A DNA stretch of 64,000 nt from Gemmatimonadales bacterium (GCA_035491895.1 DATJJY010000088.1:12592-76591); one strand, 5' to 3'; shown: positions 8,949 through 18,721, counted from the stretch's first letter. A program made the numbers and translations. Notes: generated by a model from the sequence alone, not told the origin.

Positions 8949-9862
8949 CGGCGGCGACACTCTTCGCCCTGACGGTCGTCATCGTCGGGACGGGGGCGTT
9001 GGTGTCCTGGTGCCGCCGGCATCGCTGGGGCGATGCGGGTCGTCGCTTCTTCCGCCATCCGAGCGCCATTTGGGGGCTCGTCGTGCTGGTGTTCCTGGCG
9101 ACCGTCGCGCTGTGCGCGCCGCTCCTCACTCCCTACCCCCCCTACGAGCAGATCCTGGCCCTGCAGGACCACCCGCCGACGTGGCTGCATCCCCTTGGGA
9201 CCGATTTCTTCGGGCGCGACGTGTGGAGCCGGCTCGCGTACGGGGCCCGCGTCTCGCTCGGCGTCGGGACGCTCGGCATGCTCGTGGCCGTGACGCTGGG
9301 GGGGCTCGTCGGCGCCGCCGCGGGCTACTTCCGGGGGTGGACCGACGCGGTGTTGATGCGCTGCGTGGACGTGGGGTTGTCCATCCCGCGGATCTTCCTC
9401 GTGCTCGGCGCCATCGCCTTGTGGGGGAAGCTCGGCGTCGGCGCGCTGATCCTATTGCTCGGATTGACGGGGTGGTTCGCTACCAGCCGGATCGTGCGCT
9501 CGGACGTGATGAGTGTGCGCGAGCGACCGTACACCGATGCCGTGCGCGCGCTGGGCGCCCGGCCGTGGTGGATCATCGTGCGGCACGTCCTGCCCAACAG
9601 CGCCGCCGCACTCATCGTCTCCGCGGCGCTCGGCATCGGCAACATGATGTTGCTCGAAGCGGGGCTGTCGTTCCTCGGCGCCGGGATCCAGCCCCCCAAT
9701 CCGAGCTGGGGGAACATGATCGCCGACGGCCGGGACCAGCTCGGCACGGCGCCGTGGGCCACGCTGTTCCCGGGTCTCGCGATCGCGTTCGCCGTCATGG
9801 CGCTCAACGCCACGGGCGACGCCCTGCGCGACGCGCTCGATCCGAAGACGCGGGAACGCTGA
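8945..9862 (+). CDS. ABC transporter permease (DppC/OppC-like)
   Basis: GTG at 8945 overlaps the upstream TGA (GTGA). The protein has hydrophobic segments and a C-terminal ...GDALRDALDPK tail typical of DppC/OppC. Confidence 0.85.
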   Translation: MTAATLFALTVVIVGTGALVSWCRRHRWGDAGRRFFRHPSAIWGLVVLVFLATVALCAPLLTPYPPYEQILALQDHPPTWLHPLGTDFFGRDVWSRLAYGARVSLGVGTLGMLVAVTLGGLVGAAAGYFRGWTDAVLMRCVDVGLSIPRIFLVLGAIALWGKLGVGALILLLGLTGWFATSRIVRSDVMSVRERPYTDAVRALGARPWWIIVRHVLPNSAAALIVSAALGIGNMMLLEAGLSFLGAGIQPPNPSWGNMIADGRDQLGTAPWATLFPGLAIAFAVMALNATGDALRDALDPKTRER

Positions 9863-10141
9863 CTCCTCACGGGAAGAGTGTGCGTCAGGACACGGCGCGC
9901 GTTCTGCAATGTCGCGCCTGCACATCACGCTCATCAGGCTGCTGCATCCCCACCGCATGACCCGCTGCCGTCATATCCAAACCGGCAAAATCCCTACTCG
10001 CCCTTCACACCGAAGTTGTGACCGGGATCACGCGGTTCGACCCGTATGACTGGCACTACAGTTGCCGCTGACCCCGACTGCGGTCTTCACCGACATCAAA
10101 GACGGCGCGGGGCCGTCTCACTTTGCAAGAGGAGTCCAGGT

Positions 10142-10702
10142 ATGCGGTTCCCACGTTTCCTGGTCGTCGCGCCGACCGTCGCTGCTTTCGCGATCGCGGT
10201 ATGGAGCTGCGGTCCCGATAATTCACCGACGGGCGTTGCGCCGACCGCCACCCCGGCCGTTTCGGGCGACCTGGTCGGCGGTGTCGTCGGCGGCGTCACG
10301 AACCTCGCGGGCAACCTCGGGCTCTTGAAGTGCACGCCCCTGCCCTACGTGAAAAGCACCGCGCTGATCGGGTCGGCGGGTGGGAGTCTCCAGATCGGCC
10401 AGTATTCGCTCCGCGTGCCGGCCGGAGCCCTGTCACAGTCGGTGCAGATCACAGGCGAGGAGCTGTCGGACACCGTCAACTCCGTGCGGTTCTCTCCGGA
10501 GGGCCTGCGGTTCGCCAAGCCGGCGACTCTGACGATGACGTACGCGAACTGCAGCCTGCTCGGCATCATCCTGCCGAAGCAGATCGCCTACACGACCGAT
10601 AAGCTGCAGATCCTCAGCTTCCTGGTGTCACTGGACAACGTGCTGTCGAAGACGGTGACGGGCCAGGTCAACCACTTCTCGCGGTACGCCGTGGCCTGGT
10701 AG
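10142..10702 (+). CDS. hypothetical lipoprotein
   Basis: ATG at 10142 is preceded by AGGAG. The signal peptide plus lipobox is ...IAVWSCG. No recognised catalytic motif. Confidence 0.5.
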   Translation: MRFPRFLVVAPTVAAFAIAVWSCGPDNSPTGVAPTATPAVSGDLVGGVVGGVTNLAGNLGLLKCTPLPYVKSTALIGSAGGSLQIGQYSLRVPAGALSQSVQITGEELSDTVNSVRFSPEGLRFAKPATLTMTYANCSLLGIILPKQIAYTTDKLQILSFLVSLDNVLSKTVTGQVNHFSRYAVAW

Positions 10703-10749
10703 ATCCGGTGGAGCTGCCGCGTCCCCCCGGCGCACGGGGAACCCCCTCG

Positions 10750-12324
10750 ATGTCGTCATATCGGACGGCCGATCTGCTGCACGAAGCGCGGACGTTCGAG
10801 CGGTCGGGGTGCGTGACGGAAGCGATGCAGTATTACCTGGCGGCAGTGGACGCCGCGCAGCGCAACGGCGAGTGGGCACTCCAGGCCGAGGCGCTGCGGC
10901 GGGTGGCGGTCCTGCACCATCACCGCAGTGAGCCGGACGCGGCGCGCGCCGCCGTTCAGCGCAGCTTCGACGTGGCGACGCGGGCGTCCGACGACGTACT
11001 CGCCGCCGAAGCGCTGAACGTGCTCGGCGGCTTTGCGCTCGAAGGCGACGACCTGCAGGGGGCCCGCGAGACATTCCTGCGGGCCCTCGCGCTGGGCGGC
11101 CGCTCGCCCGAGCTGCAGGCCCGCCTCGAGCAGAACCTCGGCATTCTCGCCAACGTGCAGGGCGATCTCGACGCGGCGTTGGAGCACTACCGCCGTTCCC
11201 TCGCGGCCTATCGCGCCTCCGGCAACGAGGCGGGGTGTGCGCTCGCGTTTCACAACCTCGGCATGATCAGCGCGGATCGGCGCCAGTGGGACGAGGCCGA
11301 CGATTACTTCGACCAGAGCCTGGCGATCGCGCGGGCGATCGGGGACGTGCGGCTGCAGGGTCTTTGCCAGCTCAATCACGCGGAGGTCCACCTCGCGCGC
11401 CAGCGCTTCGAGCAGGCGATGTCGGGTGCCGAGTCGGCGCTCGCCGTCTTCGATCGGCTGGGCGCGCTGCTCGACAAGGCCGACGCCTACCGGGTCATCG
11501 GGACGGTGTACCGCGAGACGGGCCGGCCGGCGCTGGCGGATGCGCGCCTGCGGGCCGCCATCGAGCTCGCCGGCAAGACCGGGTCGGTCCTGAGCGAGGC
11601 GGAAGCCTCGCGCGAGCTGGCGCTCCTGTACCAGACAATGGGACGGAACCAGGACGCGCTGCGGCTCCTGAATACCGCCCACACGCTGTTCGGCCGTCTC
11701 GACGCGCGGGTGGAGCTGGGCGACGTCAGTGGCCGCGTAGCGCGCCTGGAAGAGACGTACCTCGCGCTGGTGCGGGACTGGGGGCAGTCGATCGAATCGT
11801 CGGACAGCTACACGTTCGGCCACTGCGAGCGCGTCGCCAGCTACGCCGCCGAACTGGCGGCGACCCTGGGGCTGGACGATCATCAGCGCACCACCGTGCG
11901 CGTGGGCGCCTACCTGCACGACGTCGGCAAGATCCGCGTCGCCCACGAAATCCTCAACAAGCCGGGGCGGCTGACGCCGGAAGAATTCGACGTCATCAAG
12001 ATGCACCCGATCTGGGGCATCGAGCTGCTCGACGCCGTCGAATTCCCCTGGGACATCAAACCGATCATCCGCTGGCACCACGAGAAGCACGACGGCACGG
12101 GGTACCCGGACCGGCTGCGCGGCGAGGAGATTCCGCTCAATGCCCAGATCATCGGAATCGTGGACGTGTACGACGCGCTCACGACCACACGCAGCTATCG
12201 CCCCGCGATGACGCACGACGAGGCGCTGGCCGAGATGAGCAGGTGCCGTCACTGGTGGCGGCCCGAGGTGTACGACGCCTTCATGCGTGTCGTGAGCCGC
12301 CCCGTCGCTGCACCGGCCGCCTAG
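10750..12324 (+). CDS. TPR-repeat / HD-GYP domain protein (probable c-di-GMP phosphodiesterase)
   Basis: The C-terminus has [13 protein letters not shown] and [12 protein letters not shown] (HD-GYP). The N-terminal ~330 aa are TPR-like repeats. The start is ATG 10750 or GTG 10708. Confidence 0.85.
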   Translation: MSSYRTADLLHEARTFERSGCVTEAMQYYLAAVDAAQRNGEWALQAEALRRVAVLHHHRSEPDAARAAVQRSFDVATRASDDVLAAEALNVLGGFALEGDDLQGARETFLRALALGGRSPELQARLEQNLGILANVQGDLDAALEHYRRSLAAYRASGNEAGCALAFHNLGMISADRRQWDEADDYFDQSLAIARAIGDVRLQGLCQLNHAEVHLARQRFEQAMSGAESALAVFDRLGALLDKADAYRVIGTVYRETGRPALADARLRAAIELAGKTGSVLSEAEASRELALLYQTMGRNQDALRLLNTAHTLFGRLDARVELGDVSGRVARLEETYLALVRDWGQSIESSDSYTFGHCERVASYAAELAATLGLDDHQRTTVRVGAYLHDVGKIRVAHEILNKPGRLTPEEFDVIKMHPIWGIELLDAVEFPWDIKPIIRWHHEKHDGTGYPDRLRGEEIPLNAQIIGIVDVYDALTTTRSYRPAMTHDEALAEMSRCRHWWRPEVYDAFMRVVSRPVAAPAA

Positions 12325-12361
12325 CGGCCCGCTCCACTCTCCAGCGTTATCTTGTGACGCG

Positions 12362-13366
12362 ATGCCCGATCCGGTGCTTCGCGTCCACGATCTCAAGACG
12401 TATTTCGTCACCGACCGCGGCAGCGGCACCGCACGCGCCGTGGACGGAGTCTCGTTCGACCTCTACCCGGGCGAGACGCTGGGGATCGTGGGCGAATCGG
12501 GGTGCGGCAAGACGGTCATGTCGCTCTCGATCCTGCGCCTCATCCCCGAGCCCCCGGGCCATATCCTTCCCGGCAGCTTCATCGAGTTCGAGAACCACAA
12601 CCTCCTGACGCTCCCACCACGCGAGCTGCGGGCGGTGCGCGGCAACCGGATCGCGATGGTGTTTCAGGAGCCGATGACCTCGCTCAATCCGGTCCTGACG
12701 ATCGGCCATCAAGTCGCCGAAGCTGCGCTGGTACACCAGAAACTGTCCCGCAGCGACGCGCGCACGCGAGCCATCGACCTGCTGCGCCTCGTCGGCATCC
12801 CCGACCCCGAGACGCGCGTCGACGACTACCCCCACCAGCTGTCGGGGGGGATGCGCCAGCGCGCCATGATCGCCATGGCGCTGATCTGTCACCCGCAGAT
12901 CCTCATCGCCGACGAGCCCACCACGGCGCTGGACGTCACGATCCAGGCGCAGATTCTCGACCTGCTCGGCCGGCTGCGGCGCGAGCTGAACATGGCGGTG
13001 CTGTTGATCACGCACGACCTCGGTGTGGTCGCCGGGTCGGCCGACCGCGTGGTGGTGATGTACGCCGGCCAGGTCGTCGAGAGCGCCACGACGCGCGCGC
13101 TGTTCGCGAGCCCGCAACACCCCTACACCGAAGGTCTGCTCGCTTCCATCCCGCGCATCGACGCGCCGCGCGAGCGGCTGCACAGCATTCCGGGATCGGT
13201 CCCCCCGGCCACGGCGTGGCCCGCAGGGTGCCGCTTTCATCCGCGCTGCCCCTACGCCTGGGACAAGTGCCGCACCGCAGAGCCGCCCCTGCTCGACGCG
13301 GGGACCGGCGGCCACACCGCACGGTGCTGGCTCGTCGCCGAGCCGGCGCGCCGGACGGGACGGTGA
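12362..13366 (+). CDS. ABC transporter ATP-binding protein (DppD/OppD-like)
   Basis: Walker A GESGCGKT, signature LSGGMRQR, Walker [13 protein letters not shown], and a C-terminal oligopeptide-type extension with CRFHPRCP. Confidence 0.9.
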   Translation: MPDPVLRVHDLKTYFVTDRGSGTARAVDGVSFDLYPGETLGIVGESGCGKTVMSLSILRLIPEPPGHILPGSFIEFENHNLLTLPPRELRAVRGNRIAMVFQEPMTSLNPVLTIGHQVAEAALVHQKLSRSDARTRAIDLLRLVGIPDPETRVDDYPHQLSGGMRQRAMIAMALICHPQILIADEPTTALDVTIQAQILDLLGRLRRELNMAVLLITHDLGVVAGSADRVVVMYAGQVVESATTRALFASPQHPYTEGLLASIPRIDAPRERLHSIPGSVPPATAWPAGCRFHPRCPYAWDKCRTAEPPLLDAGTGGHTARCWLVAEPARRTGR

Positions 13367-14355
13367 CCGACCCCCTCGTCGACGTCCGCGCCCTCGTCAA
13401 GCACTACGCGCGCCAGCGCGCCTGGCTCGGGCTCGGCCGCGCGCGCAACGCCGTGCGCGCCGTCGATGGCGTCTCGTTCGCGATCCCCGCGGGGAAGACG
13501 CTCGGCCTCGTGGGGGAATCGGGATCGGGGAAGACCACGGTCGCGCGCACCCTGTTGCGGCTGACCGAGCCGACATCGGGCTCGTTCCGGCTCGACGGCA
13601 CGGAGGTGTTCGGACTCCGGGCCACACCGCTGCGCGCGCTGCGCCGCAGGATGCAGATCGTCTTTCAGGACCCGTACGGGTCGCTCAACCCGCGCATGAC
13701 GGTGCGGCAGACGTTGCGCGAGCCGCTCGCGATCCATCGGCTCGTTCCGAAGGCGGAGCGCGACGCGCGCGTGCACGCGCTGCTCGGGGAGGTCGGCCTC
13801 GACCAGACGCTCGCGGACCAGTACCCGCACGAGCTGTCCGGCGGCCAGCGTCAGCGCGTCGGCATCGCCCGGGCGCTGTCGGTCGAGCCGGCGTTTCTGG
13901 TGTGCGATGAGCCGGTCTCGGCGCTCGACGTCTCGGTACAGGCACAGGTGCTCAATCTGCTGGCGGATCTGCAGCGCGCCCGCGGCCTGACGTACCTCTT
14001 CATCGCGCACGACCTGGCGGTCGTGAAGCACATCGCGGACGACGTCGCGGTGATGTACCTGGGGCGCATCGTGGAGCGCGCCCCGCGCGCGGCGGTGTAC
14101 AGCCTGCCGCGCCACCCGTACACCCGCTCACTGCTCTCCGCGATCCCCGTCCCGGACCCGACTGCCACTCCGCAGCGGATCATTCTCCAGGGCGACGTCC
14201 CCTCCCCGGCCGATCCACCGGCCGGGTGTCCGTTCCACCCCCGCTGCCCCCATCCTCGCAAGACCGACCGCTGCCGGACCGAGCCGCCGGCGCTGCGTGA
14301 GGTGACTCCCGGTCACCTGGCGGCGTGTCATTTCGCCGAGGATCCGATGCGCTGA
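13363..14355 (+). CDS. ABC transporter ATP-binding protein (DppF/OppF-like)
   Basis: GTG at 13363 overlaps the upstream TGA. Motifs are [28 protein letters not shown] and CPFHPRCP. Confidence 0.9.
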   Translation: MTDPLVDVRALVKHYARQRAWLGLGRARNAVRAVDGVSFAIPAGKTLGLVGESGSGKTTVARTLLRLTEPTSGSFRLDGTEVFGLRATPLRALRRRMQIVFQDPYGSLNPRMTVRQTLREPLAIHRLVPKAERDARVHALLGEVGLDQTLADQYPHELSGGQRQRVGIARALSVEPAFLVCDEPVSALDVSVQAQVLNLLADLQRARGLTYLFIAHDLAVVKHIADDVAVMYLGRIVERAPRAAVYSLPRHPYTRSLLSAIPVPDPTATPQRIILQGDVPSPADPPAGCPFHPRCPHPRKTDRCRTEPPALREVTPGHLAACHFAEDPMR

Positions 14356-14359
14356 CAAA

Positions 14360-14905
14360 CTAGCCGCTGTGCGCGACGATCGGCGCAGCGGACAGCGTCT
14401 GCACTTCCGTCAGGACGCCGAGCAGCCACCCCGCCGTCACCACCCACCCGCCGGCCTGCACACCCCCCTGCCGCAGGAACACGATCAGGAAGGCCACCTC
14501 CGGCACGCCCACCGCCGTCAGTAGCAGGAGCGGCAGGCGCGCGGCCTTGGTCCCGCGCCGCTGCTGCCACACGATGAGCACGCCCGTCACCACGAGCGCG
14601 ACAGCGGTTTCGATCGGACCAGGCGAGCCGTCCCGCTTCGTGACCGCGAAGGCGAGGTAGCCGCCGACCAACCCGAAGTAGACGACTCGGAAGATGCCGT
14701 GCAACACAGCGGCGTTGCGCTCGTGAAACGTGTGGAGCGGAGGGACCAGCGTGTGCAGGACATAGATCACCGTCGCGAGCACCGGTATCCCAAGGAAGAG
14801 GATAGAGGGGAGCTCGTGCCAGACGCCCGTGATCGGCCTGACATCGCAGGCATAGGGGAGGCAGAGGCCCACCAGCAGGAGCAGCGCGGCGAGCTTTTTC
14901 AGCAT
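14360..14905 (-). CDS. hypothetical integral membrane protein
   Basis: 181-aa ORF with about 5 hydrophobic segments. GGAG lies 8 nt upstream of the ATG. Confidence 0.5.
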   Translation of the reverse strand: MLKKLAALLLLVGLCLPYACDVRPITGVWHELPSILFLGIPVLATVIYVLHTLVPPLHTFHERNAAVLHGIFRVVYFGLVGGYLAFAVTKRDGSPGPIETAVALVVTGVLIVWQQRRGTKAARLPLLLLTAVGVPEVAFLIVFLRQGGVQAGGWVVTAGWLLGVLTEVQTLSAAPIVAHSG

Positions 14906-15008
14906 GAATCATCTCCAAGCACCGAAGGATGAATTTGGACCATGGCGAGTAATTCTGATGTCGAAGTCGCAATTGGCAAATGGAAGATTAGAACGCTGGC
15001 CATTGCTA

Positions 15009-15041
15009 GTTAACCCCGGGCTGACGCCCGGGGTCGGGTGA
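15009..15041 (-). repeat. REP-like palindrome (left, inverted)
   Basis: ACCCCGGGC-TGAC-GCCCGGGGT at the core. The reverse complement reads tcacccgaccccgggcgtcagcccggggttaac. Confidence 0.85.
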
Positions 15042-15076
15042 ACCACAGCTGGGATGAGGAGACAAGTCGACATCGA

Positions 15077-15484
15077 ATGTCAAATCATCATGCATATCAG
15101 ATGTACGCCCACATTACCTGGCATACTTGGCAACGAGTGCCTTGCGTCAATCGTCCAGCCGCGATCGACGTGGACCGCGCTGTGGCGAACTCGTCCCGTG
15201 ATACTGGTGTGCACGTTCTGAAGAGTGCAGTACTATCCGATCACGTACATCTGCTGGTGGCCTTTCGACCGGACATTCGGCTCGCGGACTTCGTCAGGCT
15301 CGCCAAGAGCCGATCGTCGACTATGGCAAACCGCCGGATCTTCGGCGCTGTCAAATGGGCGAGAGGGTATTACGTCGCCACAGTCAACAGAGGCGACCTT
15401 GTCAGGTTGAGGCATTACCTCGCAAGACAGTTCGAAAGGCATCCCAACCGAATCCCGAGAGATCCCAGACACCAACCCCGTTGA
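15077..15484 (+). CDS. REP-associated tyrosine transposase / IS200-family TnpA (Y1 HUH)
   Basis: HUH motif DHVHLLV is present, and the C-terminal WARGYYVATV....HYLARQ matches the Y1 transposase pattern. The product is about 135 aa from ATG 15077 (the table start GTG 15038 lies inside the left REP). Confidence 0.75.
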   Translation: MSNHHAYQMYAHITWHTWQRVPCVNRPAAIDVDRAVANSSRDTGVHVLKSAVLSDHVHLLVAFRPDIRLADFVRLAKSRSSTMANRRIFGAVKWARGYYVATVNRGDLVRLRHYLARQFERHPNRIPRDPRHQPR

Positions 15485-15487
15485 GGC

Positions 15488-15520
15488 TCACCTGACCCCG
15501 GGCGTAAGCCCGGGGTCAAC
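15488..15520 (+). repeat. REP-like palindrome (right, copy 1)
   Basis: tcacctGACCCCGGGC-GTAA-GCCCGGGGTCaac, a 10-bp stem with a GNRA-type loop. Confidence 0.85.
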
Positions 15521-15540
15521 TGGATGAGAGCCGGACCTGG

Positions 15541-15566
15541 AGTCCCCGGGCGCAAGCCCGGGGTTT
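15541..15566 (+). repeat. REP-like palindrome (right, copy 2)
   Basis: agtCCCCGGGC-GCAA-GCCCGGGGttt, the same stem as the other copies. Confidence 0.8.
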
Positions 15567-15589
15567 ATCGAGGGAGGGGCCCGAACTCC

Positions 15590-16900
15590 TCAGGTCACTC
15601 CCCCCGTCATCCGCTTCACCGGCTTCACCAAAGCGAACATGATCACCGCCGCCACGAGGCACACCGCCGCCACCGCGCCGAACAGCTGCGATAGCGGCAT
15701 CGAGCTGAAGAACCCGGCCGTCCACCCGGCGAGCTTGTTGCCGAGCGAGTTGGAGAGGAAGAATACGCCCATCATGAGACTGACGATGCGCACCGGGGCG
15801 AGCTTCGTGACCGCCGACAGGCCCACCGGACTGAGGCACAGCTCCCCCCATTCTTCGATGAAGTACGCCGCCACGAGCCACAGCGGGCTGACCTTGATCC
15901 CCGCGCCGCTCTGCGCCATCGAACCGGCCGGGACGAGCAGCAGAAACGCGATACCGGCGAACAACAGGGCAAGGGCGAATTTCGCGGGGACGGACGGCTG
16001 GCGCGGGCCCAGCTTGATCCAGATCCACGCGAACACGGGAGAGAGGGCGATCACGAAGAACGCCTGCACCGAAACGTACCAGGACGACGGATAGGAGAAT
16101 CCCAACACGGTGTTGTTGGTGTATCGGTCACCGAACAAATTCAATGTCGAGCCGGCCTGCTCGTACGCCCCCCAGAAGATCGAAGCGAACACGAACAGTA
16201 CGAACACCACGGCGATCCGCTTCCACTCCTGCGCGCTGAAGCCCCCCCCGCCACCCGCGGCGGTCTTCACCGGCTTGGGTCGCGCCGCGAGACGGGCGAG
16301 TCCCGGCTCGATGTGACGCCGTCCCACGACGTATTGAATCAAACCCAGCACCATTCCGACGCCTGCCATCGCGAAGCCAAGGTGCCAGTTCACTTTTTGC
16401 GCCAGCCCGCCGGCGATGATCGGTCCGATGAAGGCGCCCAGGTTGATGCCCATGTAGAAGACCGAAAACCCGGCGTCGCGGCGCGCGTCGCCGTCCTCAT
16501 ACAGCGAACCGACGATCGTCGAGACATTCGGCTTCAGGAGTCCGGTGCCGATGACGATCAACACGAGACCGGCATAAAACGTCGACAGCGTCTTGAAGGC
16601 GAGGGTGAAGTGTCCCAGCGCGATGATCGATCCGCCCAGCAGCACGCTCCTGTACTGGCCCAGCAGCCGGTCCGCGATGAGTCCCCCGAGAATCGGCGTG
16701 AGCCACACGCTCCCGACGTAGTTGCCGTACACCGTGGCGGCGTGCCGGTCGTCGAAGCCCAAGCCGCCATTGGCCACCGAAGCGGTCATGTACAGGATCA
16801 GGAACGCCCGCATCCCGTAGTAGCTGAAGCGCTCCCACATCTCCGTGAAAAAGAGCGTGGAGAGTCCGCGCGGGTGGCCGAACCACTGGGAGCCGTTCAC
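15590..16900 (-). CDS. proton-dependent oligopeptide transporter (POT/PTR2 family)
   Basis: FFTEMWERFSYYGMRAF signature and about 12 hydrophobic segments. GTG at 16900 follows GGAGGA and overlaps the upstream TGA. The table ORF extended to 17734 is an out-of-frame read-through artefact. Confidence 0.85.
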   Translation of the reverse strand: MNGSQWFGHPRGLSTLFFTEMWERFSYYGMRAFLILYMTASVANGGLGFDDRHAATVYGNYVGSVWLTPILGGLIADRLLGQYRSVLLGGSIIALGHFTLAFKTLSTFYAGLVLIVIGTGLLKPNVSTIVGSLYEDGDARRDAGFSVFYMGINLGAFIGPIIAGGLAQKVNWHLGFAMAGVGMVLGLIQYVVGRRHIEPGLARLAARPKPVKTAAGGGGGFSAQEWKRIAVVFVLFVFASIFWGAYEQAGSTLNLFGDRYTNNTVLGFSYPSSWYVSVQAFFVIALSPVFAWIWIKLGPRQPSVPAKFALALLFAGIAFLLLVPAGSMAQSGAGIKVSPLWLVAAYFIEEWGELCLSPVGLSAVTKLAPVRIVSLMMGVFFLSNSLGNKLAGWTAGFFSSMPLSQLFGAVAAVCLVAAVIMFALVKPVKRMTGGVT

Positions 16901-17895
16901 GGACGTTTCCTCCGCCGCGCCAGGATATCCTCCAGTGCGACGCGATCGATTTTGCCGTCGGTGCGGACGCGCACGTCGTAGTTCTCCCAGTACATGAAGT
17001 TTTCGAGCGCCTGCAAGAACTTCGGCGTAGCCGTTCCCTGCGGGGCGTCGAGCCACTTTTCCTTCTGATTGACGGGCTCCGCCAGGAGGATCGGCTCGAG
17101 CTGCTTCACGATGTCGGGGGTGATCGTCACCAGATCTTCGGTGCGGCTCTGGAAGAAATACAGCTGGTGCAGCCGGTACAGCCGCTGCAGCTCGCGGATC
17201 GGATTGGTGTCGTCGTAGACACGGATGTCGATGTAGCGATCGTTGGCGCCGAGGTACCCGCCGTTGGCACGCACCACGAGCAGGGCGGCCGATTCCATGC
17301 CCCGCTTGTCGCCGCCCCCCGCCTGCCCCGCGACGAGCGCCGCCATCAAGCGGTCGGCGAGGCTGCCGGTGGCACGGACGAAGGCGTCGGCCATGTTCTT
17401 CACCGTCTGATCGCTCACCATGATGTTCGCCTGCGCAGCGAAGTGACGGCCCACGATCATCGCGCCCTTGCCGCCGGTCACGATCTGGCCGTCCATACCC
17501 AGCGTACGGCCGCCCGCCCAGTCGAAGCAGGAGTCGCCGGTCCAGCTGGCCGCGTTGCCGTGCGCGTCCACCATCCCGACCTGCCGCTGCGCCGGACGCG
17601 CATCGCGCCGCATCACGATGCGCATCGCCTCGGGGGCCGTTGCCCCCATCGCCATCAGCTGCAGCCCCTCGTCCCCATACGCGGTATTCCCGAGCGACTG
17701 CGTCGCCACGGCCCCGATACCGGCCTTCGCCCACGGAACGATGCCGCCCACGTTGGGGAACTTGGATTGCACCGCGATGCCGAGGTCCCCGGTGGCCGAG
17801 TCGTACGCCACGATGCTGTAGGTGTGCGCCCGCTTCACGAGATCGGGCGGGGCACCGGTGGGCTGCTGCAGCAGGACAACGACCGCGAGGAGCAT
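16897..17895 (-). CDS. DUF1028 family (Ntn-hydrolase-like) protein
   Basis: After a signal-like N-terminus, the segment TYSIVAYDSATGDLGIAVQSKF.. is typical of DUF1028. Confidence 0.65.
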   Translation of the reverse strand: MLLAVVVLLQQPTGAPPDLVKRAHTYSIVAYDSATGDLGIAVQSKFPNVGGIVPWAKAGIGAVATQSLGNTAYGDEGLQLMAMGATAPEAMRIVMRRDARPAQRQVGMVDAHGNAASWTGDSCFDWAGGRTLGMDGQIVTGGKGAMIVGRHFAAQANIMVSDQTVKNMADAFVRATGSLADRLMAALVAGQAGGGDKRGMESAALLVVRANGGYLGANDRYIDIRVYDDTNPIRELQRLYRLHQLYFFQSRTEDLVTITPDIVKQLEPILLAEPVNQKEKWLDAPQGTATPKFLQALENFMYWENYDVRVRTDGKIDRVALEDILARRRKRP

Positions 17896-17899
17896 CGTG

Positions 17900-18475
17900 C
17901 TAGTCCTTTTCCTTGCGAATTTTCTTCTTCAGGAGATCGAGCTGCTCATCCGCGGTCCGCTCCCGCGCGGCGCGATCGATATCGGCCTTCAAGAGCTCGT
18001 TCTGCAGATCGACATCGGGACGCGTGCCGCCGGCGGCCTGCAAGTCGCGCCACGCCTGCTCGGTACTGCTCGCGCCGACCCCTCCGGGTGCGCCGCGATC
18101 CGCCGACGTCAGCTGCCCCTGCATGTCCACCAGGTCGCGCTCCGCCAGCGCCAGCTCCTCACGCTGCGCGGCGAGCTTCCGCTCGAGCACGCCGGCCCGC
18201 TCGCGATGCTTGGCAGTGAACCGCTCGGCCACCTGCACCGTTTCCTGGTCCTGAATTTCGGCGGCGAGACGGCCGCGACGCTCGGCGTCGGCGAGACGCT
18301 GCCGTTCGGCGGCGAGCTGCGCGTCGGTGCGTCCCAACGCAGCGCGCATCTCTTCCACCGCCACCTTCGCGTCCACCAGGGCCTCGCGCATCTGGCGGGC
18401 CAGGTCCCGCAGGTCTCCGGGTGGGGTCGCCGCATCGAGGGCGGCCCGCAACGCATCCCGCAGCCGCTCGAACAC
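17900..18475 (-). CDS. coiled-coil protein, PspA/IM30-like
   Basis: Highly charged heptad-like sequence (LARQMREALVDAKVAVEEMRAAL...AERQRLADAERR). The start is uncertain; GTG 18475 was chosen just after the fmdB stop. Confidence 0.4.
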   Translation of the reverse strand: MFERLRDALRAALDAATPPGDLRDLARQMREALVDAKVAVEEMRAALGRTDAQLAAERQRLADAERRGRLAAEIQDQETVQVAERFTAKHRERAGVLERKLAAQREELALAERDLVDMQGQLTSADRGAPGGVGASSTEQAWRDLQAAGGTRPDVDLQNELLKADIDRAARERTADEQLDLLKKKIRKEKD

Positions 18476-18480
18476 CGCCC

Positions 18481-18645
18481 TCAGCTCTTCCGAATCGTCT
18501 TGGCGAAGAACGGCGAGAGCACCGCCACGACTTCCCGCGCGCTGCACTTGGGACAGGCGGGACGCCGGCGGTCGTGCTCGGGGATCGACATCGACAAGGT
18601 GAAACGGGTGCGACACTTGGCGCAGCGGAATTCGTAGATCGGCAT
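18481..18645 (-). CDS. FmdB-family zinc-ribbon protein
   Basis: MPIYEFRCAKC....CPKC, the classic FmdB CxxC...CxxC N-terminus. Confidence 0.7.
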   Translation of the reverse strand: MPIYEFRCAKCRTRFTLSMSIPEHDRRRPACPKCSAREVVAVLSPFFAKTIRKS

Positions 18646-18721
18646 GGCGCCGACTACGTTATTCTCGGGGCTTGGGAGGGTCAAGTTGAAGGCCCGGACG
18701 CCGCATCACAGATTGGGAGCA

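Larger units (their letters stand above)
15009..15566 (+). mobile_element. IS200/RAYT-type Y1 transposase gene bracketed by inverted REP-like palindromes
   Basis: The region has lower G+C than its flanks. The 33-nt segment 15009-15041 is the reverse complement of 15488-20 at 30/33 positions, and a third palindrome lies at 15541-15566. Confidence 0.7.

Noticed and set aside
6324-8960. Very long antisense or out-of-frame ORFs. Examples are 6324..8960 (-, 878 aa), 1569..3314 (-), 10756..12429 (-), 23540..25693 (-), 32260..34452 (-), 35632..37098 (-), 49467..51872 (-), 49652..52009 (+) and 45923..47488 (+).
   Set aside because: They lie opposite or out of frame to genes with clear family motifs. 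Their translations are Arg/Gly/Pro/Ala-rich with no motifs. Such stop-poor shadow frames are expected in high-G+C DNA.
9863-10141. 280-nt non-coding gap inside the ABC operon inspected for a non-coding RNA or mobile-element remnant.
   Set aside because: It contains only a 7-bp hairpin (agacggc-gcggg-gccgtct) just before the lipoprotein ribosome-binding site. There are no repeats, no transposase fragments and no convincing promoter hexamers.
14906-15008. A/T-richer spacer left of the RAYT element inspected for a second ORF or an IS end.
   Set aside because: There is no ORF with coding character and no repeat matching the right side. It probably holds the promoter and ribosome-binding site of the divergent membrane-protein gene.
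17900-18475. PspA-like protein considered as evidence of a phage-shock (psp) operon.
   Set aside because: There are no pspB, pspC or pspF-like genes nearby. The assignment rests only on coiled-coil character and a loose N-terminal pattern.
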